Assembly: GCA_019186845.1 (NCBI GenBank)
Contig: JABARW010000019.1
Span: 130,427-194,426, forward strand
DNA: 64,000 nucleotides
Direction: 5' to 3'
Origin: Planctomycetota bacterium
GTDB lineage: Bacteria > Planctomycetota > UBA8742 > UBA2392
Part shown: positions 18,270 to 26,391 of the stretch, in pieces
Layout of the letters: each line of letters opens with the position of its first letter
Numbering within the stretch: position 1 is the first letter of the stretch
Position numbers and translations under genes: made by a program
Notes under the pieces: generated by a model
What the model saw: the letters and a program-made list of their open reading frames with translations, nothing else
Database searches by the model: none
What the model was told of the DNA's origin: nothing

Positions 18270-19250
18270 TCAACGGAAGTACTTTGAGCCCTCTATGGCC
18301 GTGGCCAGTTCTTTGGCTTTGGCGCCGGCTTCCGTGCCTTCCTGCGATTTCTGCACGCCGCGCAACGCCTTCACCTTCTCGGCCTTCTTGAGCTTCTTGT
18401 TCGACTCCAGGGCCTGGCGCAGGGCTTGCCAGGCGCCCATCTCCTTCTTGACGTCCTTGTCTTTGCGCAGCTCCTTGGCCTCCGTTTCAGCTTTGGCGCC
18501 GCTCTCGGTGCCCTTGAAGCCCGAGGCCAGCCTGTCCAGTGCCTCCAGGCAATCGACGTAACGCTTCTCGCCCTTGGCCAGGTCCGCCGCCGCCCGCAGC
18601 TTCTGCTCCATGGCGGCACAGGCCTCGATTATCATCTGTGCATCGGCCACGGCGGCCTCCGAGGGCTTGCCCTCCACTACCGCCTTGGCCAGCTCCGCCG
18701 CCTTGACGTAGTCACCCTTGCCAAAGGCCGCGGCCGCCTTTTCGCAGTCCTTCTCGACCTTGTCCTTGTTCAGGCCGGTGTAGGGGCGCCGGGCCAGTTC
18801 CTTCTCGACGATGCCGTCCCATCCCTCGGAGCCCTTGAAAACCAGCAGGCCCTCGGCGTTCACCACAAAGGTGTTGGGCATAGTCTTGATGTCCCAGCTT
18901 GCCAGCGAACTTTCCGAGGCAGTCACAATCGGAAAGGTGTACTTGTTCTCGCCGGCAAAGGCGAAGTTCTCAAGCGCCGTCAGGCCGTCGCCTTCCACCG
19001 CAAACACGCGCAAGCCGCGCGCCTTGTTCTTCTCCCAAACTTCCTGCAGGTGCGGCAACTGCCGCAGGCAGGGCGCTCACGTAATGCCCCAGATCTTGAT
19101 GATGATGACACTGCCCAGGCAGTCGGCGCGGGTGGTGGCGTCACTGTAAGTGGTGAGGCCGCCCATGGTGAAGTCAGGGGCCGGCGAACCCTGAGTCTGG
19201 GCGCAGGCCAAGGGGGCAAACAACAGCAGGGCCAGCAGGATGAAACGCAT
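18270..19250 (-). CDS. Candidate selenoprotein: secreted TlpA/ResA-like thiol:disulfide oxidoreductase with UxxC motif (in-frame TGA at 19079..19077) and C-terminal helical extension
   Basis: Track ORFs 19077..19322 and 18270..19058 are in the same frame, separated only by the TGA at 19077-19079. Read-through gives '...SVIIIKIWGIT-U-APCLRQLPHLQEVWEKNKARGLRVFAVEGDG...KYTFPIV...WDIKTMPNTFVVNAEGLLVF', a thioredoxin fold where the canonical motif is W-C-x-P-C. Signal peptide 'MRFILLALLLFAPLACAQ' (ATG 19250). Confidence 0.6.
19043..19072 (-). other. Putative bacterial SECIS-like stem-loop immediately 3' of the in-frame UGA
   Basis: The mRNA starting 5 nt after the UGA reads CCUGC-C-UGCGGC-AGUU-GCCGCA-CCU-GCAGG. 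That is a 5-bp lower stem, an internal loop, a 6-bp upper stem and an AGUU apical loop whose G,U lie ~18-19 nt after the UGA. Confidence 0.45.
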
Positions 19251-19302
19251 GGCATCTCCGGAATGGTAAACCAATGGCCCAGTGCGCAGCAGTGTAGCTT
19301 CC

Positions 19303-20151
19303 TCAAGCCTTTTTCGCCGCATCGAGCAGGTTCTGGTAGAGCATCTGGGTGGTCACGGGCCCCACGCCGCCGGGTACGGGCGTGATGAAACCGGCGATCT
19401 GTGAGGCGGAGTCAAAGTCTACGTCGCCGCGGATCTTGCCCTCGCCCACGTCAATGATGCCGACATCGACCACAACGGCTCCGGGCTTGATCCAGTCGCC
19501 CGTCACCATACCCGCTTTGGTTCCGATGGCCGTCACCAGAATGTCTGCCTGGCGCGCGATGGCAGGCAGGTCCCTGCTGCGGCTGTGGCAGAGCGTGACG
19601 GTGCAGTTGCGATCCAGCAACAGCAGGGCTGCGGGCTTGCCCACGATGGTGCTGCGACCGATCACGACCGCGTTGGCCCCGTTCGTGTCAATGCCGCTTT
19701 CCACGGCCAGTTCGACGGCCGCGCGCGCCGTGCAGGGAACGTTCAGGTAGCGCTTCATCACGATGGCGCCGAGGTTGACTTCGTCGATGCCTTCGATGTT
19801 CTTGGCGGGCGCGATCATGCGCGCCAGTTCCTCGCCGTTGAGGTGCTTGGGCACGGGCAGTTGCAGAATGATGCCCGTGACTGAATTGTCCGTGTTGAGT
19901 TCGTGCAGCTTCGCGACCACGGCGTCTTTGGGTGCCTCGGCCGGCAGGTCCACCATGGCATAGTCCACGCCCAGGGCCTCGGCCTGCTTCTTCTGACTCT
20001 TGCGGTAACTGGTGGTTCCGTCATCAACGCCGACGGCAAAACTGACCAGCTTGGCTGCCTTGCCCCTGGTGCGCAGGGCGGCAAACTCCAGGGCCAGCTT
20101 CTCCTTGATGCGTTTGGCGACGGCCTTGCCGTCCAGGATCTTTGCGGGCAT
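19303..20151 (-). CDS. folD: Bifunctional 5,10-methylene-THF dehydrogenase/cyclohydrolase
   Basis: ATG at 20151 gives 'MPAKILDGKAVAKRIKEKL...'. Further matches are 'TGIILQLPVPKHL' and 'VVIGRSTIVGKPAALLLL...CTVTLCHSRS', typical FolD. Length 283 aa. Confidence 0.9.
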   Translation of the reverse strand: MPAKILDGKAVAKRIKEKLALEFAALRTRGKAAKLVSFAVGVDDGTTSYRKSQKKQAEALGVDYAMVDLPAEAPKDAVVAKLHELNTDNSVTGIILQLPVPKHLNGEELARMIAPAKNIEGIDEVNLGAIVMKRYLNVPCTARAAVELAVESGIDTNGANAVVIGRSTIVGKPAALLLLDRNCTVTLCHSRSRDLPAIARQADILVTAIGTKAGMVTGDWIKPGAVVVDVGIIDVGEGKIRGDVDFDSASQIAGFITPVPGGVGPVTTQMLYQNLLDAAKKA

Positions 20152-20321
20152 GGAACCCTCGATGTATGCGCCCGGAAGGCGCAGCAGCATGTCAGTGGGG
20201 GGCGGCAATGCTAGCAATGGGGCCGGGGCTCGACAGTGGCCCCAAGCCCGCGTTCGCTATAAACGTCAAGCACTTTATCGCTTGCGCTTTGCCCGACACT
20301 GCTAGATTGCCCTTGTTCCCA

Positions 20322-21641
20322 ATGAGGCAAGACGTGACCACGGCAACAGCACAACTCAACTTCGGCGACGCCAAGGCGCTGGACGCTTCTCTCTCGGACA
20401 ACGTGCGCGGACTCAAGGGCAGCGAAATCCTTAAGATCGCTGCCGCTGTACGCGAGATGATTGCCCAGGGCAAGCAGGTCTGCAACCTGACCGTGGGCGA
20501 CTTCAACCCGAAGTTCTTCCCCATCCCTGCCGCGCTGCGTGAAGGCATCGCCCGCGCCCTGACCGGCGGTGAAACCAACTACCCTCCCTCCGATGGCGTG
20601 CTGGCCCTGCGCAAGTCCGTGGCTGAGTACGCCGCGCGCGAGTTCAGCGTGCGCTACCCCGTCGAGGGTGTGCTGATTGCTGCGGGCGCGCGACCCATTC
20701 TGTACGGCACCTACCGCTGCGTGCTCAATCCCGGCGACAAAGTTGTGTACGGCCTGCCCAGCTGGAACAACAACCACTACTCCTGGATCGCCCAAGCCAA
20801 CGCCATCGAGGTCGTCACCCAGGCGCGGCATGGCTTTCAGCCCACCCTGGACGACTTCCGCCCTCACCTCCATGACGCCAACCTGTTCTGTCTGTGCACG
20901 CCCAGCAACCCCACGGGCACAGTGATGGAGCCCGAGGTCCTGCGCGAGCTGATGCTGGGCGTAGTGGAGGAAAACGAGCGCCGCGCCAGGGCGGGCAAAC
21001 GCCTGCTGTTCGTGCTCCATGACCAGGTCTATGCCTCGCTGGTGTTTGGCGAGGCCAGGCATGTGCATCCCTGTGCATTGGTGCCGCAGAGTGCGCCCTA
21101 TGTGATTTCGCTGGACGCGATCTCGAAGTCGCTGGCGGGCACGGGTGTGCGCGTGGGTTGGGTGCTGGCGGCGCCGGCGGTGGTGGCGCGCATGCGGGAC
21201 TTTCTGGGGCATGTGGGCGCCTGGGCGCCGCGCGCCGAGCAGGTGGCGGTGGCGGACTTCCTGGGCAATCCCCAGGCGCTTTCGGCCTTCCGGCGGGAAA
21301 TGGACACTAAGGTCCAGGTGCTGCTGAACGCCCTCTACGGCGGCTTCATGAAAATGAAGCAATCGGGCCTTCCGGTGGATTGTGTGCAGCCTCAGGGGGC
21401 GATTTACCTCTCGCTGCAGCTCAATCTCATCGGAAAGAGCTTTGAGGGCCGCAGGATTGCGAGCAACGCGGACATCGGCCAGCTGCTGCTGGAGCGCGCG
21501 GGCATGGCGGTGGTTCCCTTCCAGGCCTTTGGCCTGCGCGAAGAAAGCGGCTGGTTCAGGCTCAGCGTGGGCGCGGTCAGCCCGGCGGACATCGAGACCT
21601 GCCTGCCTCGTGTCAAGTCTCTTCTGGAAGCCGTGCGTTAG
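20322..21641 (+). CDS. PLP-dependent aminotransferase (class I/II fold)
   Basis: ATG at 20322 gives 'MRQDVTTA...'. It has 'NLTVGDFNPKFFPIP', 'CTPSNPTGTVM' and 'VISLDAISKSLAGTGVRVGW' (the PLP-lysine region). Length 439 aa. Confidence 0.8.
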   Translation: MRQDVTTATAQLNFGDAKALDASLSDNVRGLKGSEILKIAAAVREMIAQGKQVCNLTVGDFNPKFFPIPAALREGIARALTGGETNYPPSDGVLALRKSVAEYAAREFSVRYPVEGVLIAAGARPILYGTYRCVLNPGDKVVYGLPSWNNNHYSWIAQANAIEVVTQARHGFQPTLDDFRPHLHDANLFCLCTPSNPTGTVMEPEVLRELMLGVVEENERRARAGKRLLFVLHDQVYASLVFGEARHVHPCALVPQSAPYVISLDAISKSLAGTGVRVGWVLAAPAVVARMRDFLGHVGAWAPRAEQVAVADFLGNPQALSAFRREMDTKVQVLLNALYGGFMKMKQSGLPVDCVQPQGAIYLSLQLNLIGKSFEGRRIASNADIGQLLLERAGMAVVPFQAFGLREESGWFRLSVGAVSPADIETCLPRVKSLLEAVR

Positions 21642-21698
21642 CAGTTTCGCGCTCAACGCTGCCTGCTCGCCACACCCGCGGCACAGACATCACGGGTC

Positions 21699-22790
21699 TC
21701 AGCGGACGCGGCGGCGGCGATTGCGCATGTAATCGACCAGGATGTTGCCGCCCAGGGAGTCCAGCGCGGAGTAGTAGGCCCGGCCCTTGTTTGTGCGCGT
21801 CAGTCGGTCAATGAAGTCCACCAGCACCTGGTCCTGGGCGATCATGAAGGTCGAAATCGAGATATTGCGCCGGCGGCAGTGATCGGCCTCCTCCAGCGTC
21901 AGCGCCACAATGCGCGGATCGAGGCCAAAGGGATTCTTGTACAGACGACCGTTCTCAAACACCGCGCTGGGCTTGCCGTCCGTAATCATGAAAATCTGCT
22001 TGTTTGTGTGCTTTTTGCGCGCCAGCAGCCGCTGCGCCAGTTGCAATCCCGCGCGCGTGTTGGTGTGAAAGGGCCCTACCTGCAGATAGGGCAAACGCGA
22101 GAGCGAGACCTGTCGCGCCTCATCGCCGAAGGTAATCACCTCCAGGGAGTCCTTGGGGTAGCGGGTCTGGATCAGTTCGGCCAGCGCAATGGCCACGCGT
22201 TTGGCGGGGGTAATGCGATCTTCGCCGTACAGGATCATGGAGTGGCTGATATCAATCATCAGTACCGTAGCACAGTTGGCGAAGTGTTCGGTTTCAAAGA
22301 CCTCCAGGTCGTCCTCGCGCAGGTCCATGTCGTCAAGGCCGCCGCGCTTGAGCGCGTTGGTGATACTGAGCCGGTAGTCGATGTCGCCGGAGAGGTCGCC
22401 AAAGGTGAAGGGCCGGGTTTCAGGCAGGCGTTCGAGGCTGGCGCCGGTGCCGGAAGTGCGATGCTCGCCCTGGCCCAGGCCCTCCAGGTTGCGGAACACC
22501 TGGTCGAGCGAGTCCTTGCGGATGGCGCGTTCGGCTTTGCGCGTGGGCACCAGCAGGCCCTGCTCGTCGGTCTGGACCAGGCCCTGCTCTGTCAAGGATT
22601 GAAGGAATCGCTCGAACCAGGCTTCGTCACCCAGGCCGTGGCGTTCCGCCAGTTGCTTGAGCCACTCCAAGGCCTGCTGGACGTCGCCGGAGGCCATGAG
22701 CAGAAGCTGGTTCCAGAGCTTGAGCAGCTCTTTTTCAGTGAGGGCCTTGCGGGCCTCTTCGGGGTTCAGTCCCAGGTATGCGATGCGCAC
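21699..22790 (-). CDS. VWA domain-containing protein (CoxE/MoxR-partner-like)
   Basis: 'TVLMIDISHSM' (MIDAS DxSxS), '...IFMITDGKPS' and a C-terminal basic tail. Length 363 aa. Confidence 0.7.
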   Translation of the reverse strand: MRIAYLGLNPEEARKALTEKELLKLWNQLLLMASGDVQQALEWLKQLAERHGLGDEAWFERFLQSLTEQGLVQTDEQGLLVPTRKAERAIRKDSLDQVFRNLEGLGQGEHRTSGTGASLERLPETRPFTFGDLSGDIDYRLSITNALKRGGLDDMDLREDDLEVFETEHFANCATVLMIDISHSMILYGEDRITPAKRVAIALAELIQTRYPKDSLEVITFGDEARQVSLSRLPYLQVGPFHTNTRAGLQLAQRLLARKKHTNKQIFMITDGKPSAVFENGRLYKNPFGLDPRIVALTLEEADHCRRRNISISTFMIAQDQVLVDFIDRLTRTNKGRAYYSALDSLGGNILVDYMRNRRRRVR

Positions 22791-22836
22791 GGCGCTATTG
22801 TCCGATGGCCCGGCCGCCTTGTCGATGGGCGGCCTT

Positions 22837-24087
22837 TCAGTGTGGATGCGCGGACAGGGCTTCCTGCTCGAGTCTGGCGGCCACCGCTGAGGGCCTTGGC
22901 AGAAAGAAGCTGACGGGCAAGGCCGCCAGGGCCCAGGCCAACTGGATCAGGCGCCCCAGAGCCGAGAGTACGAAGGCGGGCTCCGCGGCCACACCCCGAA
23001 GGCCGAAGAAATACATGGTCGCCGCCTCGCCCACACCCCAGCCGCCGAAACTGATGGGCAGGGCCGCCACCATGCCGCTAACGGGCACCAGCACGAAATA
23101 GTCGTACCAGCCAATGGCTGTGATGTTCAAACCGTCTCCCAGAGCGACGTGCATGGCAATCCAGCCCAATTGCGGCAGCACCGAAAGGGCCAGCGCCGCG
23201 AGGATGCCGCCCATGCGCCCGCGATAGACCTGCACCGCTTCGTCGAAGGCGTTCAGGGCCTCGCGAAAGGGCAGACGCGAGACTGCGTTCTCAGGAAGGA
23301 GCTTTCGCACGCGGCGCGAGAGCATGAGGGTTACGGCCGCGCTGCCCGCGGCCAGAAAGCCGATGATCACGAATGCCGCCGCGCGCATGGACTCTTCGCC
23401 GATGTTGGGCAAAAGCACGGCCAGGGCCAACGTGCCCAGGGTGAACAACCCGCAGATTCGGTCAATAAGCACGGCGGCAAAGGCGTGGGCGCGGCGCTGG
23501 GTATGGCCGGCGAGATAGAGGGCCTTGACGGCATCGCCGCCGACAGTGCCGCCTGGGATCGCGCTGTTGTAGAGCTGGCCGATGAGCGTGTAGATAAGGG
23601 CGCGCAGGAAGTTCAGGCGGTAGCCCAGCAACTGGACGAGATATTGAAGGCGCAGGGCGCCCGCGGCAAATCCCACGCCGCCCAACCCCAAAGCCATCCA
23701 GAACATTGAGGATTCGACTTTGCGCGCCACGGTCAGGACGCCGGGCTTGTGCCAGACGCCCTGCTCAGGGCTTTGGCCCGGCGTGAATTCGTGGGCGGGG
23801 ATGGTCTTGCGGCCTTCTTCGAGTTCGACGACCAGGCGGGCCCCCTGGCGCTCGACCACCGTGGCCTGGACCGCCACATCCTCCAATTGAATCTGGTAGG
23901 CAAACAAATAGGCCAGCACCGCCACTCCAAAGAGCAGCGGCAGGAATCGTTTCAGCAGGTTGGCCAGTTTCTGCTTCAAGGGCCGGGGTCGGGAGAGAAG
24001 AAAGCCCGAAGTCAATGTCCGGCGCGGCCAGACGCAAGAAGAAACAGGAAGCGGCCGGAGCGAGGCGCCGGCCGCCCTGAACAGCAC
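22837..24087 (-). CDS. UPF0104/lysyl-phosphatidylglycerol-synthase-TM-region-like (flippase-like) membrane protein
   Basis: A multi-pass membrane protein carrying 'KRFLPLLFGVAVLAYLF...LRLQYLVQLLGYRLNFLRALIYTLIGQLYNSAIPGGTVGGDAVKALYL', the LPG_synthase_TM signature. The start is uncertain; the ORF begins 3 nt after the S41 gene stop. Confidence 0.6.
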   Translation of the reverse strand: MLFRAAGASLRPLPVSSCVWPRRTLTSGFLLSRPRPLKQKLANLLKRFLPLLFGVAVLAYLFAYQIQLEDVAVQATVVERQGARLVVELEEGRKTIPAHEFTPGQSPEQGVWHKPGVLTVARKVESSMFWMALGLGGVGFAAGALRLQYLVQLLGYRLNFLRALIYTLIGQLYNSAIPGGTVGGDAVKALYLAGHTQRRAHAFAAVLIDRICGLFTLGTLALAVLLPNIGEESMRAAAFVIIGFLAAGSAAVTLMLSRRVRKLLPENAVSRLPFREALNAFDEAVQVYRGRMGGILAALALSVLPQLGWIAMHVALGDGLNITAIGWYDYFVLVPVSGMVAALPISFGGWGVGEAATMYFFGLRGVAAEPAFVLSALGRLIQLAWALAALPVSFFLPRPSAVAARLEQEALSAHPH

Positions 24088-24090
24088 GCG

Positions 24091-26244
24091 TTAGCGAATC
24101 ACCGCGGCGTACTCGGAGACCGACTTGATGTCCTTGCCCTGCTGTTTGAAGAGTTCAGTCAGGCCGGCGAGCAACTGGGGGTCTTCCTGGTAATTCTGGG
24201 TGAACTCCGAGGCGCGGTCATCGGCCACGCGCACCCGCAGGCGGAAGCGCAGCTCGCGGCGCACATCCTCGCGCGAAAGCTGCGTTCCAAGCGAGAGGTA
24301 AAAGTTTTCGAACTCGGGCCAGGCCTTGGCATCCCGGCCATCGAAAGAGGCCAGACGCATGAGCTTCTCCTTGCTGTCGCCGCGATACCAGGTGTCGAGG
24401 TATTCTTCGAGCTTCTTGGACTTGAGCAGTTTCTCGCGGGCGTAGACCTGCCAGCCCTCGAGGTACTCGGCTTCGACGTTGAGGTGGGGCGTGACGCCGC
24501 CAACGCCGTTCTTGCGGTCAATGGAGATGCCGCTGGGCAGATAGTAGCTGAAGACGGTGCACTTGAGGGTGCGGTCGGTGCGGGGGATGCGGAAGAAAGA
24601 CTGGCCGATGCCCTTGCCAAAGCTGGGGCGGCCGACCACCAGGGCGCGGTTGTTGTCCTTCAGGGCGCCGGAGAGCATCTCACTTCCCGAGGCGCTGCTT
24701 TCGTTGATCAGCACGAGTAGCGGCAAATCGGGGAAGTAGTACTCGGCGTTCTCGTCGGTGCGGCCCTTGGCGCGGTAGATGGTGCGGCCCTTCCAGTTGC
24801 CCCAGACGCCGCCAGCCGTCGAGATCAGGTCATTCTTCTTGAGGAACATGTCGGCGATGTTCAGCACGGTGCTGAGCTGGCCGCCGGGGTTGTCGCGCAG
24901 GTCAAACACCAGGCTTGTCATGCCCTGGCGCTTGAGGTTGAGCAGGGCGTTGGCGACGTCCTGCGTGCTGTTGGAGCCAAAGCGAGTCAGGCGCACGTAA
25001 CCCACGCCGCCGGGCAGCATCTCCTCCAGCGCGGTGTCGACCTCGATCTGCTGGCGCTTGATTTCGAAGGTCAGTTCCTTGTCTACGCCGCGCCGACGCA
25101 CGAACACCACGGCCGTCGTGCCCTCGAGGCCCTTGATGTAGCTCACGGCGTCGTCCACTTCGGCGCCTCTGAGGTCAATGCGCTTGCCGTTGGCGTCCAG
25201 CACACCCACCAGGAAATCGCCGCTGCGCATGCCGGCCTTGTAGGCGGGACCGGCGTAGATGGGCTGGCTGATGTGGATGTACTCTTCGTCGAGGCCCTTG
25301 GCCACAAAGGCCCCGATGCCGAAGTAGCGGCCGCTCTGGTCCTCCTCCATCTTCTTGAGTTCGGCCGCCGTGATGAAGTCGCAGTAATCGTCCACGGCCG
25401 CGGTCATGGCGCGACAGGACTGGTCAATCAGGTTGTCCACCGTCAGGGGCATGGACTCGTTCTTGTAGTCGAAGCGGTCGTCAACGAAGTGGGCGCGCAG
25501 CACGCGAATCTGCGAGGCAATCAGAGGCTCCTTGCGATCCCTGGCGCCTGACTTGATCTCCTCCATCTTCGCTCGGATGTCCACGATACCCTTGGTGATG
25601 CGCGCCAGCCTTCCGAGCTGGCCGGGCTCTTTGGCCAGCTGCTCCATGCGGCCTTGTGCCGTAGCCACCTCGCCCAGATCGGCCAGGGACAGCGCGGCAC
25701 GGGCCTTGAGGTCATGGTCCGTCGACAGCAGGAAGTCCTTGAGCTGGTCCAGGGCCAGCTTGTCGCCGGTACAGGCGAACAGCGCCTCAGACAGCGCCAC
25801 GCGCGCGCCGGCGGGCCACTTGGCGCTCTTCTTCCAGGCCTCGCGCAGTTTGGCCACCAGTTCTTCATCGTCGGGGCATTCGTCGGAAATGAGCGTGGCT
25901 GCGCCTTCCACGATGGCCGCGTCCGATTCGCTCAGCAATGCTCCCAGGGTCTCGTAGGCGGTTTCGCCGTTGCCGCGCGCCATGAGCAGGCGCGCGCAGG
26001 CCAGGCGCACCCAGGCGTTCTCGTGATCGAGGCCCCGTTCAAACAGGGCGGATAGCTTCGCGGCGTCTTCGCCCGTGTCCATGCGGCGCAGGGTGCAAGC
26101 GTAGTCCCAGGCGCGCTCGGGCCGTTGCGCGATGCGGTTGATAAGTTTTTCGGCTTCCGCCGTGACGCCGGCGGGTTCTTCCTGCGCGCAAAGCGGCGCG
26201 CATGCAACCAGCAGAGACAGCAGCGCAAGTGAGACTCGATGCAT
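24091..26244 (-). CDS. Secreted S41 C-terminal processing (tail-specific) protease with N-terminal HEAT-like repeats
   Basis: ATG at 26244 gives 'MHRVSLALLSLLVACAPLCAQ', a signal peptide. There is a PDZ region 'FGIGAFVAKG...GDFLVGV' and an S41 core 'LVFDLRDNPGG' with 'LVLINESSASGSEMLSGALKDNNRALVVGRPSFGKG'. Confidence 0.8.
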   Translation of the reverse strand: MHRVSLALLSLLVACAPLCAQEEPAGVTAEAEKLINRIAQRPERAWDYACTLRRMDTGEDAAKLSALFERGLDHENAWVRLACARLLMARGNGETAYETLGALLSESDAAIVEGAATLISDECPDDEELVAKLREAWKKSAKWPAGARVALSEALFACTGDKLALDQLKDFLLSTDHDLKARAALSLADLGEVATAQGRMEQLAKEPGQLGRLARITKGIVDIRAKMEEIKSGARDRKEPLIASQIRVLRAHFVDDRFDYKNESMPLTVDNLIDQSCRAMTAAVDDYCDFITAAELKKMEEDQSGRYFGIGAFVAKGLDEEYIHISQPIYAGPAYKAGMRSGDFLVGVLDANGKRIDLRGAEVDDAVSYIKGLEGTTAVVFVRRRGVDKELTFEIKRQQIEVDTALEEMLPGGVGYVRLTRFGSNSTQDVANALLNLKRQGMTSLVFDLRDNPGGQLSTVLNIADMFLKKNDLISTAGGVWGNWKGRTIYRAKGRTDENAEYYFPDLPLLVLINESSASGSEMLSGALKDNNRALVVGRPSFGKGIGQSFFRIPRTDRTLKCTVFSYYLPSGISIDRKNGVGGVTPHLNVEAEYLEGWQVYAREKLLKSKKLEEYLDTWYRGDSKEKLMRLASFDGRDAKAWPEFENFYLSLGTQLSREDVRRELRFRLRVRVADDRASEFTQNYQEDPQLLAGLTELFKQQGKDIKSVSEYAAVIR

Positions 26245-26391
26245 GGCAGCTCCAGGGGCCCAAACGTGCTTCCGATAATACGAAGAACCCGGCCCCGTCT
26301 GGGCGGAAAACCTGCCCCTTCGAAGCCAAGCCCGCGTGGCGACGAGACAGGCCCTCGCCAAGCGTCCGGCGGCTGGTAACGTCAAGGCCCC

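Noticed and set aside
20211-21656. 481-aa minus-strand ORF
   Set aside because: Antisense shadow of the PLP aminotransferase gene. Its composition is Arg/Gly/His-rich with no recognisable domain.
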